A stretch of DNA of 64,000 nt from Luteitalea sp. (GTDB lineage Bacteria; Acidobacteriota; Vicinamibacteria; Vicinamibacterales; CAVVIG01), in contig WHSN01000001.1 of NCBI GenBank assembly GCA_009380045.1, positions 27,753 through 91,752 on the forward strand, written 5' to 3'. A program made the translations under genes and the position numbers. The notes beneath the pieces were generated by a model. It saw only the letters and a program-made list of their open reading frames with translations, made no database searches and was not told the origin of the DNA. How positions within the stretch are numbered: position 1 is the stretch's first letter; each line of letters begins with the position of its first letter. Positions 40,444 to 50,507 of the stretch are shown here, in pieces.

Positions 40444-40976
40444 CGGGCACCCGCCGCGAGCGCACGAACCTCACGCTCGAAGTCGGCCAGCGGCGCCGCA
40501 CGCCGTGTGGCGCTGCCGCGCACGACCGGACCGGAAGACGGCAGCATCGGCGGCGGAGACACCGTCCAGGTCCGGCTCGCGTCCATCGTGACCCGGAACA
40601 CGCCCTGGCCGAGGCCGAGCACGAACGGAATGCCGGGGCCGCGAGCGCCCAGGAACACGATGACCCGCTGACCTGGCGTAAACTGCGGCGCCCCGACGAC
40701 GATGTTGCGGTAGCGGCCCAGGGAGCCTCCGGGGATGCGGAACTGCAGCGTCTCGCCGAACCCGCCTTTCAAATACGCCTCGGTCTCGAGCGTCACGATC
40801 GTCTCGATGGTGCGGCGATCGTCGGTCCACCGGCCGTCCACCGACACGACCACGCCTCGAGCGATCGCGCGCGCGTCGCGGGCGAGCTCGCCGACGTCAG
40901 CGGGAATGAGAACAGTGGCCCGTGGGCTTGCGGCGACCGACAGCGCCAGGAACAGACTCAGGATGATGCTGCGCAT
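40440..40976 (-). CDS. Secreted hypothetical protein
   Basis: ORF 40440..40976 has a signal peptide (MRSIILSLFLALSVAA). It overlaps the lpxB 3' end and has an ATGA overlap with the matrixin start. I recognise no family. Confidence 0.5.
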   Translation of the reverse strand: MRSIILSLFLALSVAASPRATVLIPADVGELARDARAIARGVVVSVDGRWTDDRRTIETIVTLETEAYLKGGFGETLQFRIPGGSLGRYRNIVVGAPQFTPGQRVIVFLGARGPGIPFVLGLGQGVFRVTMDASRTWTVSPPPMLPSSGPVVRGSATRRAAPLADFEREVRALAAGAR

Positions 40977-42130
40977 GATTCTCCTGCGACTTGCAAAATG
41001 ACCTCCGCCGCGCGCCGGCTGGCGCCCGGCCCTCCGAGTCGAGCTCGTACCCGTTTGAGCCCCTCACGAATTCGAGCCGCGCGGCCCGCATCAGTCAGCA
41101 TCGACAGACCTTCCGCCGCGACCGCTTCGGGCGTGAAGGCATCTTGAATGAGCTCCGGCACGACGCGTTCGCCGGCAATGAGGTTCACCATCGCGAAGGT
41201 GTCCACCTTGACGAGCGGACGGCCGAGCCGATAGGTGAGCGGTGACAGACGGTAGACCACCACCATCGGCGTATCGTGGAGCGCCGTCTGCACCGTCGCC
41301 GTGCCCGAGGCGACCAGCGCGAGATCGGCAGAGGCGAGGACGGCGTCCGACTCTCCTTCGACGATGATCGAGAAGGCGGGAGGGCTGGCGGAATCCGACA
41401 GCCGCCTCGCTCCCTCGAACAACCGGTCGTCGAGATTCGGCGCGCGCGCGAACACGAACTGCGCCCGCGGCAGGCGGCCTCTGACGAGACGCGCCGCGGC
41501 AACGAGATCCGGCAGAATGCGGCGCACTTCGTTCGGCCGGCTGCCGGGAAGCACGGCGACCGTCGGCGCTTCGGGCGCCAGTCCGAGCCGGGTGAGAAAG
41601 GGCGCGCGCGGCGAGGAAGGGCGAGCGAGATCCACGAGTGGGTGACCGACGAACTCGACCGGCACGCCGCTGTCCCGGTAGATCGCTTCTTCGAACGGAA
41701 AGATCACCACGACGCGGTCGGCAATCCTGCGGATCGTCTTGATCCGGCCGCTCCGCCACGCCCAGATCTGCGGAGCGATGTAGTAGACGATCGGGATCCC
41801 CAGGCGCTTGATCCGGCGCGCCAGGGGGAAGTTGAAATCCGGAAAGTCGATCACCACCAGGGCGTCCGGCCGGTGGTCGCGCGCGGCGTCGACCATTCGG
41901 CGAAGCGTTCTCAGCGACTGCGGCACCTTCGCGATTGCCTCGGTGAGACCGGTCACCGCGAGGCCGCGGAAGTCGGCGATCAGGCGGCCGCCGGCGGCGG
42001 CGAACTGCGGTCCGCCCAGGCCGGAGACCTCGATGCCGGGCGCGAGCGATCGCAGCTCGCACGTGAGCGCCCCGGCGTACAGATCGCCAGACGGCTCGCC
42101 GCACGACAGAAGCAGCCGCCGGACCGTCAA
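40958..42130 (-). CDS. lpxB: Lipid-A-disaccharide synthase
   Basis: ORF 40958..42130 begins with a TTG start (TTGA overlap with the upstream M16 stop). The N-terminus LLLSCGEPSGDLYAGAL and the rest are LpxB-like. Confidence 0.9.
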   Translation of the reverse strand: MTVRRLLLSCGEPSGDLYAGALTCELRSLAPGIEVSGLGGPQFAAAGGRLIADFRGLAVTGLTEAIAKVPQSLRTLRRMVDAARDHRPDALVVIDFPDFNFPLARRIKRLGIPIVYYIAPQIWAWRSGRIKTIRRIADRVVVIFPFEEAIYRDSGVPVEFVGHPLVDLARPSSPRAPFLTRLGLAPEAPTVAVLPGSRPNEVRRILPDLVAAARLVRGRLPRAQFVFARAPNLDDRLFEGARRLSDSASPPAFSIIVEGESDAVLASADLALVASGTATVQTALHDTPMVVVYRLSPLTYRLGRPLVKVDTFAMVNLIAGERVVPELIQDAFTPEAVAAEGLSMLTDAGRAARIREGLKRVRARLGGPGASRRAAEVILQVAGESCAASS

Positions 42131-44400
42131 GAGGTCGGGCGGGTGAAGAGCGTCGAGCTGATCGGCGTGTTCACCGCGAACTCGGTGACGCGGCGTTCGA
42201 GCACCTGCCGGCCGCCGACCCGCAGCTTCGCCGTGAACGCGACCTGCAGCCCCTCGACCGCCTTGTAGTCGCTGAAGAGCTCCTCGACCAGCGGCTGACC
42301 GGCGCCTCCAGCCACATAGGTCTGTTTGGCCACCAGGCTGGTGTCCGGATCCAAGTACATCACCATCGGGTCGAGATCGCTGCCCGACAGCTCGATGGCG
42401 TGGTGCACCTTGCCGGTGTCGTCCTTGACATCGGGGAGCGCTCGAACCCGGACCCGCCCGTCGGCCGCCGCCAGCAGCACGGCGATGGTGTCGCGCCGCA
42501 GCCCCGACTGCAGGTCCCGGATCATGCGATCCGGCACATCGTGAATCCCGTTGGGATCCTTCACCCAGGCGCTCGTGCCGTCGTACACCTGCACGATCGC
42601 CACCTCCGCAGCCCTGGTCTCGACCCGGACGCGGTCGGGATAGGCGAGATAGGTCACGGTTTCGGCGGTGGTCGTCTGTCCATCTGGTCCGGTGCTGTCG
42701 GCGCGTGTTTTCGCCGTGATGCTCTTGATGCCGCGCAACCGCTCGAGCCCGCCCTTGGCGGCCACGATCCTGTCGAGGAGCGCGCGGGCGGTCTCCCCTT
42801 CGGCCGCCGTGATCGACGGCCGGATGGTCGATTGCGCGTCACCACGCTGATACCCGACGGGAACGCCGGACCCTACAGTCGCAGCACCAGGCCGGCCCGC
42901 CCGGATGGTCCCACCCGGGACGCCGCCGCCACCGGCGACTCGGCCGGGCCGTTTGAAGTCGACCGCCATCACGTCGAGCTCCGTCATCTCGACGACTTCG
43001 AACGTGTTGAAGCCGACGCCGCGGAGTTGCGATGTGAACGACGCGGCGTTCCCCACCAGCACGATCGACAGACGGTCGGGACGGAGAAAGAAGCGCGCGA
43101 CACGCTCGATGTCGTCGGGCCGCACCGCATTCACCCGCTCGCGGAACGACTCGAGCTGCTCGACCGGCAGACCGTAGAACAGCACGTTCAGCACCTGGGT
43201 GGCAATCGCGTCAGGCGTCTCGATCGTGAGCGGGAAACTTCCGGTGAGGTAGGCCTTGGCATCGCCGAGCTCCCGCTCGCTGACGCGTTCGCGCTGCAAC
43301 CGCCAGAACTGGTCAACGATGAGCCGCAGGACTTCTCCGGTCGCCTCCGACCGGGTATTGGTGGACGCCTCGAAATCGCCGCTGTCGAGGAGCGTGTCCA
43401 TGTCGGCCTTGGCGCCGTAGGTGAGACCGCGTTCGGTGCGGAGCACCTGGTGCAGGCGATTCGCGCCCTCGCCGCCGAGGATGCGCAGGGCCAGATTGAG
43501 CGCCATGTAATCGGGGTTGCTGCGGCTCGCGCCGAGGTGCCCGACGCGGATCTCGGTCTGCACCGCGTCCGGCTTGTTCACCACGACCACGCGACGGGTC
43601 GGCTCGGGCGGCGCGGCGAACGTCGGCCGCGGCACGTCCCGCCGCTGCCAGTCGCCAAACACCTTGCGGACGCCGTCGAAGGCCTCTTCCGCGGTGACGT
43701 CCCCGACAATCGCAAGGATGGCGTTGTTCGGCACGAAATACTGCTGGTGATAGCTCAGCAGATCCTCCCGCGAAATCGCGGCCAGCGTCGCCGGGGTGCC
43801 GCTCTGGAGCGTGCCGTACGGATGGAACCCGTACACCAGCCGGTCGAACACGGCATTGGCGACAAACTCCGGATCCTCGAAGCTCACCTGCAGGCCCGAC
43901 AGCGCCTGCTGGCGCTGGCGCTCGATCTCGTCCACCGAGAACGCCGGATGACGTGCCATGTCCGACAGCATACGCATGCCGGTCTCGAAGCTGTCTTTCA
44001 TGACCACGATATTGACGAACGTCAGATCGGTGCCGGCCCCGGCGCCCATCACGCCGCCCATGAAGTCGATCGCATCGTTCATCTCGCCGGCCGACTTGGT
44101 CGTCGTGCCCTGGTCGAGCAGCGACGCCGCCAGGGTGGCGAGGCCGGCCTTGTCCTTCGGGTCGAAGGCGGCGCCGGCTCGAACCAGCATGCGCATGCTG
44201 ACCACCGGCTGCTCGTGATGCAGCACCGCCATCACCTGCAAGCCGTTCTCGAGCGTGCGGATCTCGTACGGCGGAAACTTCACCTCGCGCGCCGGGAGGG
44301 GGCGGGGCGGGCCCTCCGATGGCCAGGGGCGGACCGGGGCCTGCGCCAGCAGCGGTGCCAGACCGAGGGTCAGGCCGATCGACAAGAGCAGCTTCTTCAT
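42127..44400 (-). CDS. M16-family (pitrilysin-like) peptidase subunit lacking HxxEH, with ~270-aa C-terminal extension
   Basis: ORF 42127..44400 has a signal peptide and two M16 halves. The HxxEH position reads GLATLAASLLDQG. An extra C-terminal domain follows residue ~480. Confidence 0.8.
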   Translation of the reverse strand: MKKLLLSIGLTLGLAPLLAQAPVRPWPSEGPPRPLPAREVKFPPYEIRTLENGLQVMAVLHHEQPVVSMRMLVRAGAAFDPKDKAGLATLAASLLDQGTTTKSAGEMNDAIDFMGGVMGAGAGTDLTFVNIVVMKDSFETGMRMLSDMARHPAFSVDEIERQRQQALSGLQVSFEDPEFVANAVFDRLVYGFHPYGTLQSGTPATLAAISREDLLSYHQQYFVPNNAILAIVGDVTAEEAFDGVRKVFGDWQRRDVPRPTFAAPPEPTRRVVVVNKPDAVQTEIRVGHLGASRSNPDYMALNLALRILGGEGANRLHQVLRTERGLTYGAKADMDTLLDSGDFEASTNTRSEATGEVLRLIVDQFWRLQRERVSERELGDAKAYLTGSFPLTIETPDAIATQVLNVLFYGLPVEQLESFRERVNAVRPDDIERVARFFLRPDRLSIVLVGNAASFTSQLRGVGFNTFEVVEMTELDVMAVDFKRPGRVAGGGGVPGGTIRAGRPGAATVGSGVPVGYQRGDAQSTIRPSITAAEGETARALLDRIVAAKGGLERLRGIKSITAKTRADSTGPDGQTTTAETVTYLAYPDRVRVETRAAEVAIVQVYDGTSAWVKDPNGIHDVPDRMIRDLQSGLRRDTIAVLLAAADGRVRVRALPDVKDDTGKVHHAIELSGSDLDPMVMYLDPDTSLVAKQTYVAGGAGQPLVEELFSDYKAVEGLQVAFTAKLRVGGRQVLERRVTEFAVNTPISSTLFTRPTS

Positions 44401-45761
44401 CGGCCGCTTGCCTCCGCGCTCGGGCGCCCCGACGGCATCACCGTGATGACGAGGCGATTCTCGGACGTGAAATAGGTGCGCGCGACGCGCTGCACATCCG
44501 CGGCGCTGATGTTCTGGAAGATCTCGAACTCGCCGTCGGCGGTGGCGATGTCGTTGTGAATCACCACCGCGTGGGCGAGGTGCGTCGCCTTCTGCTGATT
44601 CGACTCGCGTTGCAGGATGTAGTCGCGGGCGAACTGATTCTTGGTCCGCTGGAGCTCGTGCTCGGTGATCGGTTCCGCCTTCAGCCGATCGAGCTCGGCG
44701 ATCAGCTCCTTCACCGCGTCGTCGGGTGCCTTCCCCGGCTGCACGATCGCCACCGCGTAGAAGAGATTCGGATGCTCGATCAGGTTCGCGCCGCCGAACG
44801 CCGCGACGGCAAGCTGCTTGTCGTAGACCAGCTTCTGGTAGATCCGCGAGCTCTGACCATCCGACAGCACCTTCGACGCGATGTGGAGAGGATAGGAATC
44901 GGGATGCCCGTCGTGCGTCACGTGGTGCGCGACCACGACGGCCGGGAGCGGCCAGGGAGCCTCGACGGTGACCCGCCGCTCCTTCACCTGCTGCGGCTCT
45001 TTCGGAATGTCCCGCGGCACCGGTTGCTCGGCCTTGGGCACCCGGCCGAAGTACTGGGTGACGAGCTGTTTCGCCTGCGCGATCTCGAAATCGCCCACCA
45101 GCACCAGCGTCGCATTCTCGGGCACGTAGTAGGTCTGAAAGAACTCGCGCACATCCTCGATCGACGCTGCCTCGAGATCGGCCATGCTGCCGATGGTCGA
45201 GTGCTTGTAGGGATGGGTCGTGAATGCGTTCTCGTAGATGATCTCGTTCAGGCGGCCGTACGGCTGGTTGTCGACCCGCATCCGGCGCTCTTCCTTGACC
45301 ACCTCACGCTCGTTGACGAACGTGTCGTTGTCGATGCGCAGTGTCGCCATGCGGTCGGCCTCGAGCCACAGCATCAACGGCAGGAACTGGGCCGGCGCCG
45401 TCTCCCAGAACACCGTTTCGTCGTCGGTCGTGTAGGCGTTGCTCTGACCGCCGACCGAGGCGATCACCGAGGTGTGCTCCTCCGGCGACACGTTCTTCGA
45501 GCCCTTGAACATCATGTGCTCGAAGAGATGGGCGAAGCCGGTGCGCCCGGTCTTCTCGTTCTTCGAGCCGACGTGGTACCAGAGCTGGAGATGCGTGATC
45601 GGGGTGGAGTGATCTTCTGAGAGGACGACGGTGAGGCCGTTGGGCAGCGTCATCATCTCGTACTGCAGCTTCGGCGGCCGGACGGCGGCCGAAGCGGTGA
45701 AGGTCGTCGCCGCGACGAGCAGCGCCGCAAGGAGCGGACGAGCATACCTGGCAGTCATCAT
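44397..45761 (-). CDS. M16-family zinc peptidase (active-site HxxEH present)
   Basis: In ORF 44397..45866 the start is ATG 45761 (MMTARYARPLLAALLVAATTF). The motif is GFAHLFEHMMFKGS. There is an ATGA overlap with the downstream M16 partner. Confidence 0.85.
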   Translation of the reverse strand: MMTARYARPLLAALLVAATTFTASAAVRPPKLQYEMMTLPNGLTVVLSEDHSTPITHLQLWYHVGSKNEKTGRTGFAHLFEHMMFKGSKNVSPEEHTSVIASVGGQSNAYTTDDETVFWETAPAQFLPLMLWLEADRMATLRIDNDTFVNEREVVKEERRMRVDNQPYGRLNEIIYENAFTTHPYKHSTIGSMADLEAASIEDVREFFQTYYVPENATLVLVGDFEIAQAKQLVTQYFGRVPKAEQPVPRDIPKEPQQVKERRVTVEAPWPLPAVVVAHHVTHDGHPDSYPLHIASKVLSDGQSSRIYQKLVYDKQLAVAAFGGANLIEHPNLFYAVAIVQPGKAPDDAVKELIAELDRLKAEPITEHELQRTKNQFARDYILQRESNQQKATHLAHAVVIHNDIATADGEFEIFQNISAADVQRVARTYFTSENRLVITVMPSGRPSAEASGR

Positions 45762-45908
45762 CCGATTATCCCTCCAAACCGCGCGACAACCTTTCACCCA
45801 CCGGAAACATGTCGCTCGAGCCCGCGGCAGCCACGGCCCGACGACAGCACAGGACGGAATCCTCAAGTTTTACATCGGGTCGCGCTGTTTTTCGTGGTGA
45901 ATTTACCG

Positions 45909-46715
45909 CTAGTGTCCGACCAGCCTGAAGCCGGCAAAGGCCCAGCGGCGCGCCGTGCGATCCAGAGGGTCGGCATCGACGACACGCTCGTAGCCGGCGA
46001 ACAGATCGAAGCCGCCGCGCGCGCCGTGCAGGCGAACGCCGGCCTCGACGCGGCCGCCATCCTGGCGGTCGCGCCCGGCGATCGTCTTGTCAATCAGGTA
46101 GGTTTCGGCCACACCCCGGCCGTAGACCGACGCCCGGCCGTTCAGCGATCGCCGCACCGAGACCTCGGCGACGCCAATCCAGTCGTAGTCCATGAACGAG
46201 CGCGCAATCACCTTCCGCGCGTCGCCGCGCAGATCGATCGTCGTGCGCCCGGTCGCGAACCGGCGCATCACGCGCGGACCGAGCGAGTTCTCCGCCACGG
46301 GGTTGCGTTTGAACCGATCGCCGAGGTGACGCGACACGTGGTTGAGCACGGCGTAGATCTCGGTCTTCCCCAAGCGCACAGACCCCGCCGCCTCGAGCAG
46401 GTAGTTGCTCTGGTACGGATCGAAGGGCCGGAACTCGTGGCCGAGCAGCGCCTGATAGTCGACGAGAAACGTCGCCCGGCCGACGACGTAGTCGACCAGA
46501 TCGAAGTCCCCTCCCCAGTGCGTATCGATCGAGAAGCGCTGATCTTCATGGCTGAGACCGGCAGCCGTCAGGTGAAAATCGAACCGCGACATGAACTCAG
46601 GCGCCAGCGGCGGATCCGGCAGCGGCTGCTGGGCGACGGCGACGGGGACGAGAGCGAAAATCAGGCAGGCTGCAAGCGCCACGCGCCCAGCTATTTTTCC
46701 GATGCGGTCTGGCAT
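45909..46715 (-). CDS. Secreted hypothetical protein, possibly outer-membrane beta-barrel
   Basis: ORF 45909..46715 has a signal peptide ([22 protein letters not shown]). I recognise no family. It lies between lpxD and the M16 pair. Confidence 0.5.
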   Translation of the reverse strand: MPDRIGKIAGRVALAACLIFALVPVAVAQQPLPDPPLAPEFMSRFDFHLTAAGLSHEDQRFSIDTHWGGDFDLVDYVVGRATFLVDYQALLGHEFRPFDPYQSNYLLEAAGSVRLGKTEIYAVLNHVSRHLGDRFKRNPVAENSLGPRVMRRFATGRTTIDLRGDARKVIARSFMDYDWIGVAEVSVRRSLNGRASVYGRGVAETYLIDKTIAGRDRQDGGRVEAGVRLHGARGGFDLFAGYERVVDADPLDRTARRWAFAGFRLVGH

Positions 46716-47746
46716 GCGTGCAGCTTCTCCTCGAGTTCCGCGATGTGCTGCTCGAGCTCGGTCATCCGTTTGCGGAGCGCGGGCAGCGCGCGGAAGATCG
46801 CGGAGGACTTCAGCCAGTCGCGGTGCGGAATCGCCGGATACCCCGACACGTACGAACCGGCGTCCACCGAGTTCGGGATGCCGGTCTGCGCCGTGGCGAT
46901 GGTCCCCTGGCCAAGATGGACGTGGTTCGCCACCCCAACCTGCCCAGCCAGAATCACGTCGTCTTCGATCACGCAGCTGCCGGCGACGCCAACCTGGGCG
47001 GCGAGCAGCACGCGGCGGCCAACCCGGACGCCGTGGGCGATCTGCACCAGGTTGTCGATCTTCGTGCCGGCGCCGATCCGGGTCTCACCAACCGCCGGCC
47101 GGTCGATGGTGGTGTTGGCGCCGATCTCGACGTCGTCTTCGATGATCACCGCGGCTCGCTGGGGGATCTTCAGGTGCGTGCCGTCGGGCTGCCGGGCAAA
47201 ACCGAATCCCTCGCTCCCGAGCACCGCGCCGTCCTGCAGAATCACCCGGTTGCCGATCACCACGCCGTCGCGGATCGACACCTGCGATCGGACGATGCAG
47301 TCGGCGCCGATCCTGACGCCCGGCCCGATCGTCACGTTCGGATAGACGATCGTGCGGGCGCCAATCGTCGCTCCCGCGCCAATGGTGACGAAGGCGCCGA
47401 TCGACACGTCGGGACCGAGCCCGACGTCGGAGGCAATGGCGCTCGCGGCATCGACGCCTCGCGGCGCCGGCGGCGCGGCTGTCAGCAGGCCGACCGCCTG
47501 GGCGAACGCCACATACGGGCTGGCGGCGCGCAGCAGCGCCGGTCCGCCGGGCGCTCCCTGGATCGCGTCTGACACGATCACGGCGGACGCGCGCGTGGCG
47601 GCGAGCTTCGCCACGTACTTTTCGTGCGCGATGAACGTCAGGTCTCCCGGCTGGGCCTGCTCGATCCCCGCGACGCGCGCGATCTCGATGTCGCCGTCGC
47701 CTTCGAGGCGGCAGTGCAGCCGGTCTGCGACCTGGTGAAGTTTCAA
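46691..47746 (-). CDS. lpxD: UDP-3-O-acylglucosamine N-acyltransferase
   Basis: This is the C-terminal 351 codons of ORF 46691..48544. The proposed start is TTG 47746 ((M)[21 protein letters not shown]). It has left-handed beta-helix hexapeptide repeats and a coiled-coil tail. Confidence 0.85.
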   Translation of the reverse strand: MKLHQVADRLHCRLEGDGDIEIARVAGIEQAQPGDLTFIAHEKYVAKLAATRASAVIVSDAIQGAPGGPALLRAASPYVAFAQAVGLLTAAPPAPRGVDAASAIASDVGLGPDVSIGAFVTIGAGATIGARTIVYPNVTIGPGVRIGADCIVRSQVSIRDGVVIGNRVILQDGAVLGSEGFGFARQPDGTHLKIPQRAAVIIEDDVEIGANTTIDRPAVGETRIGAGTKIDNLVQIAHGVRVGRRVLLAAQVGVAGSCVIEDDVILAGQVGVANHVHLGQGTIATAQTGIPNSVDAGSYVSGYPAIPHRDWLKSSAIFRALPALRKRMTELEQHIAELEEKLHACQTASEK

Positions 47747-47784
47747 GAAAGTGGGCCTGCCTGAGCGTTCGAACCGCGAGTATA

Positions 47785-48456
47785 TCAGGCAGTGACGCGC
47801 CGGAAGAAGGCGGTGAGCCGAGGCAGATTCAGTCGCGAGGCGATCTCGGCGACCAGCGGCGCGCGCGCGGCATCCGGCACGTCGACGAGCGATCCGAGCT
47901 CCCCGAGATTGGCATCCGACTCGAGCGTCCACACGATCTGCTGGGCGCCCTGCCGCGCTCCGCGCCACGAGTTCAGGTGGCCGACGACGCGGAAGAGGAG
48001 GTAGTAGGCGATGACGTTCGGGCCCGGGACGAAGAAAAGTATCCCCGACGCGAGGAAGAGCACCAGGTCCACGATCAACCATTTGCCGTGATGGCGCTGG
48101 GCGCGGGCAAGCGACTGGTCGAGGACGCTGCGCGCCCCGGCGGCGGCCATCGTGGACGGAAATCGCATCGTCGCCCCGGTCTCTTTCCGGAGCGACCACA
48201 GCGTGCGCTGCTCCGCGATCGACTCCGCCAGTCTGCAAATCACCGAATCGCGCCAGCGCGCGAAGCGGCCGTGCGTTCCGCCGTCGTGCGGCGCCCTGCG
48301 CGCGGCGTCGACGAGCGCGTGCCATTGCACCTGGGCCGAGTGCGCCCACCGCTTGAACCGGCCCGCGTGGTCGTCGGGGACCGACGCCGGCTCTTCCGGG
48401 GCCTCGGAATAGAGCTCGTATCGACCCTGTCCTGCCGGAACCAGGAACACCGTCAT
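47785..48456 (-). CDS. Hypothetical membrane protein
   Basis: In ORF 47785..48534 the likely start is ATG 48456 ([16 protein letters not shown]), an ATGA overlap with the upstream nuclease stop. It has a two-TM hairpin ([34 protein letters not shown]). Confidence 0.5.
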   Translation of the reverse strand: MTVFLVPAGQGRYELYSEAPEEPASVPDDHAGRFKRWAHSAQVQWHALVDAARRAPHDGGTHGRFARWRDSVICRLAESIAEQRTLWSLRKETGATMRFPSTMAAAGARSVLDQSLARAQRHHGKWLIVDLVLFLASGILFFVPGPNVIAYYLLFRVVGHLNSWRGARQGAQQIVWTLESDANLGELGSLVDVPDAARAPLVAEIASRLNLPRLTAFFRRVTA

Positions 48457-49352
48457 CGGCCGCGCGGCGCGCGCACCTTCTGGATCGGACGCGCCTCCTG
48501 AATGGAGACCTTCGGCTTGCCGGCCTGATCCCACGCACCGACAATCAGACCGGCGGTCGCGCTGATCGACTCGGAGAGCCGCCGCTCGAGGATCGGTTGC
48601 ACGCCGACGAAAAACCGCTCGAAATATTCGTCGTCGTAGGTGTCCTTCCCGGCGACCGCGTCGCGGTCGGCCTCGAGGAGCATGTCGACCAGCTGATAGC
48701 TCTCGAGCAGCACCGCGAACGACGCGTCCCGAGGGTTCGTCATCGCCGTCGGGGCCGCGGGATTCAGGCGCAGCCGCGGCTCGAAGCGCTCGATCAGATC
48801 GCGCTCGAAGCGGGCGTGGATCCCGTGATTGCCGGTATCGGCGCCGTCGTAGTTGACGGTGGCGTGCAGCGGCTGATGCGCATCCTGCAGGTAGTGGGAG
48901 GCGACGGCCGAGAACAGCACGACATTGGTGACGGTGTAAGGCTGGTCGCGGCTGAAGCCTTCGAAGGCCCGCACCAGATTGCCGAACATCTCCGCTTCAC
49001 GCCAGGGGAGAAGGCCGTATCGTTTCAGGGTGGCGTCGCCGAACTTCTCCAGCGCGGCGCCGTACTCCCGCGGCAGCTCCTTGAAGGGAAACTTGCCGTA
49101 CTCGGAGACCCCGAAGTCGACGAAGTGGTTCGGGTTCTCCTCCCACCCGATGACGCGCCACTGGTCCGGATCGATCACCCGCACGACCAGCTCGTCGCGG
49201 AAGCGCTCGAAGAACGGCTTGATCTGCGGCGGCAGGAGGTCGATCGCCCGCCGCATGATCAGCCGGTGCCCGACCGATCCCCACGCGAACGCGTTATGGG
49301 GCAGACACGTGAGCGCCACCAGCGCACCAACCCCGATCAGCGTCTTTCGCAT
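48453..49352 (-). CDS. S1/P1-type zinc-dependent nuclease family protein
   Basis: ORF 48453..49352 has a signal peptide followed by a mature N-terminus WGSVGH, plus [12 protein letters not shown]. Both are signature S1/P1 nuclease zinc ligand motifs. Confidence 0.75.
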   Translation of the reverse strand: MRKTLIGVGALVALTCLPHNAFAWGSVGHRLIMRRAIDLLPPQIKPFFERFRDELVVRVIDPDQWRVIGWEENPNHFVDFGVSEYGKFPFKELPREYGAALEKFGDATLKRYGLLPWREAEMFGNLVRAFEGFSRDQPYTVTNVVLFSAVASHYLQDAHQPLHATVNYDGADTGNHGIHARFERDLIERFEPRLRLNPAAPTAMTNPRDASFAVLLESYQLVDMLLEADRDAVAGKDTYDDEYFERFFVGVQPILERRLSESISATAGLIVGAWDQAGKPKVSIQEARPIQKVRAPRGR

Positions 49353-49370
49353 GCTGTTATATTAATTTGA

Positions 49371-50507
49371 TTGGACAATCTGACGCACAGTCTCTTCGGG
49401 CTCACCCTCGGACGTACGTCGATGGGTCGGGCTGGAAGCGGCACCACGCTGACGCTGCTCCTCGCTTCGAACGCTCCTGACATCGACATCGTGACGACCG
49501 CGGGCGGCGCGCTCAGCTACCTGGAGTGGCATCGAGGGCCCACCCACGGTCCGCTCGGTGTGCTGGCGCTCGGAGTGGTCGCGGCGTCGATCGCCTGGTG
49601 CGGAACGCGACTCTGGCGCGCGGCGTCCACGGATCGATCCGCCGAGCCCCCCGCCGACCCGCCTGCCTCGTTCCCGGCGCTCTGGGCGGTTGCGACCGTC
49701 GGCGTGATGTGCCACATCCTGATGGACCTGCCGACCTCCTATGGGACGAGGCCGCTCAGCCCCTTCGACTGGCGCTGGTTCGCCCACGACTGGATGCCGA
49801 TCGTCGATATCTACCTGCTGATCGCGCTCGCGGCGGGTTTGTTGATCGGCCGCCGCTCGATGGCCGCGGGCCGCCGCCTCGCCGCTCTCGCGCTGCTGTT
49901 CATGGCGCTCAACTACGGCGTTCGCGCGACGGCGCACCATCAAGCCGTCGCGCACGGGCCGCGGCTGTTCGGGCCGCTGCTGCCAGAGCGGTGCGACGAT
50001 GCCGCGGAACGCTCGCGTGGCTGGATCGATCGCTGGCCGCTGCACCGCGACGCTTTGGCGGCGCCGGTGCCCGACGACGAGCGGGAGCGGTCGGCGAAGC
50101 GCTGTCTGGCCGAGATTGCCGCGATTCCCGATTTCGTGTCGCCGTTCCGTTGGCGTGTCATCGCGGATTTGTCGAATGCCTACGAAATGCGGACCATCAA
50201 CCTGCTCGCGCTCCCCGATCCCTCCGAGGCCGATTGGCGCCTCGCGGTGCGGCATCCCAATCAATGGACGCCGGCGGTGGCCGCGGCCGCGCAAACCCGG
50301 GTCGGCACGGTGTTCCTCGGCTTCTCACGTTTTCCATCGGTGCGATCGGTGGTCGGCGGCAGCGGTGACGCGACGGTCGTGTGGAACGACATCCGCTTCG
50401 CGATCGGCCGGGTCACCGACTCGCGGCGCGAGCGGCCGAACTTCTTCACCGCCACGGTACGGCTCGACCGCGACGGCGGCGTGGTCGAGGAAAAGCTTGG
50501 TCCTTGA
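49371..50507 (+). CDS. YdjM/DUF457-like membrane-bound metal-dependent hydrolase with C-terminal extension
   Basis: ORF 49371..50507 starts at TTG with an N-terminus (M)DNLTHSLFGLTLG...EWHRGPTHGPLG typical of the family. The C-terminal ~180 aa are uncharacterised. Confidence 0.7.
   Translation: MDNLTHSLFGLTLGRTSMGRAGSGTTLTLLLASNAPDIDIVTTAGGALSYLEWHRGPTHGPLGVLALGVVAASIAWCGTRLWRAASTDRSAEPPADPPASFPALWAVATVGVMCHILMDLPTSYGTRPLSPFDWRWFAHDWMPIVDIYLLIALAAGLLIGRRSMAAGRRLAALALLFMALNYGVRATAHHQAVAHGPRLFGPLLPERCDDAAERSRGWIDRWPLHRDALAAPVPDDERERSAKRCLAEIAAIPDFVSPFRWRVIADLSNAYEMRTINLLALPDPSEADWRLAVRHPNQWTPAVAAAAQTRVGTVFLGFSRFPSVRSVVGGSGDATVVWNDIRFAIGRVTDSRRERPNFFTATVRLDRDGGVVEEKLGP

Noticed and set aside
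49353-49370. LexA/SOS box in the 18-bp AT-rich spacer between the S1/P1 nuclease and ydjM-like genes (ydjM is SOS-regulated in E. coli).
   Set aside because: The sequence CTGTTATATTAATTTG has the CTGT half but lacks ACAG at N8, and it does not fit GAAC-N7-GTTC-type boxes either.
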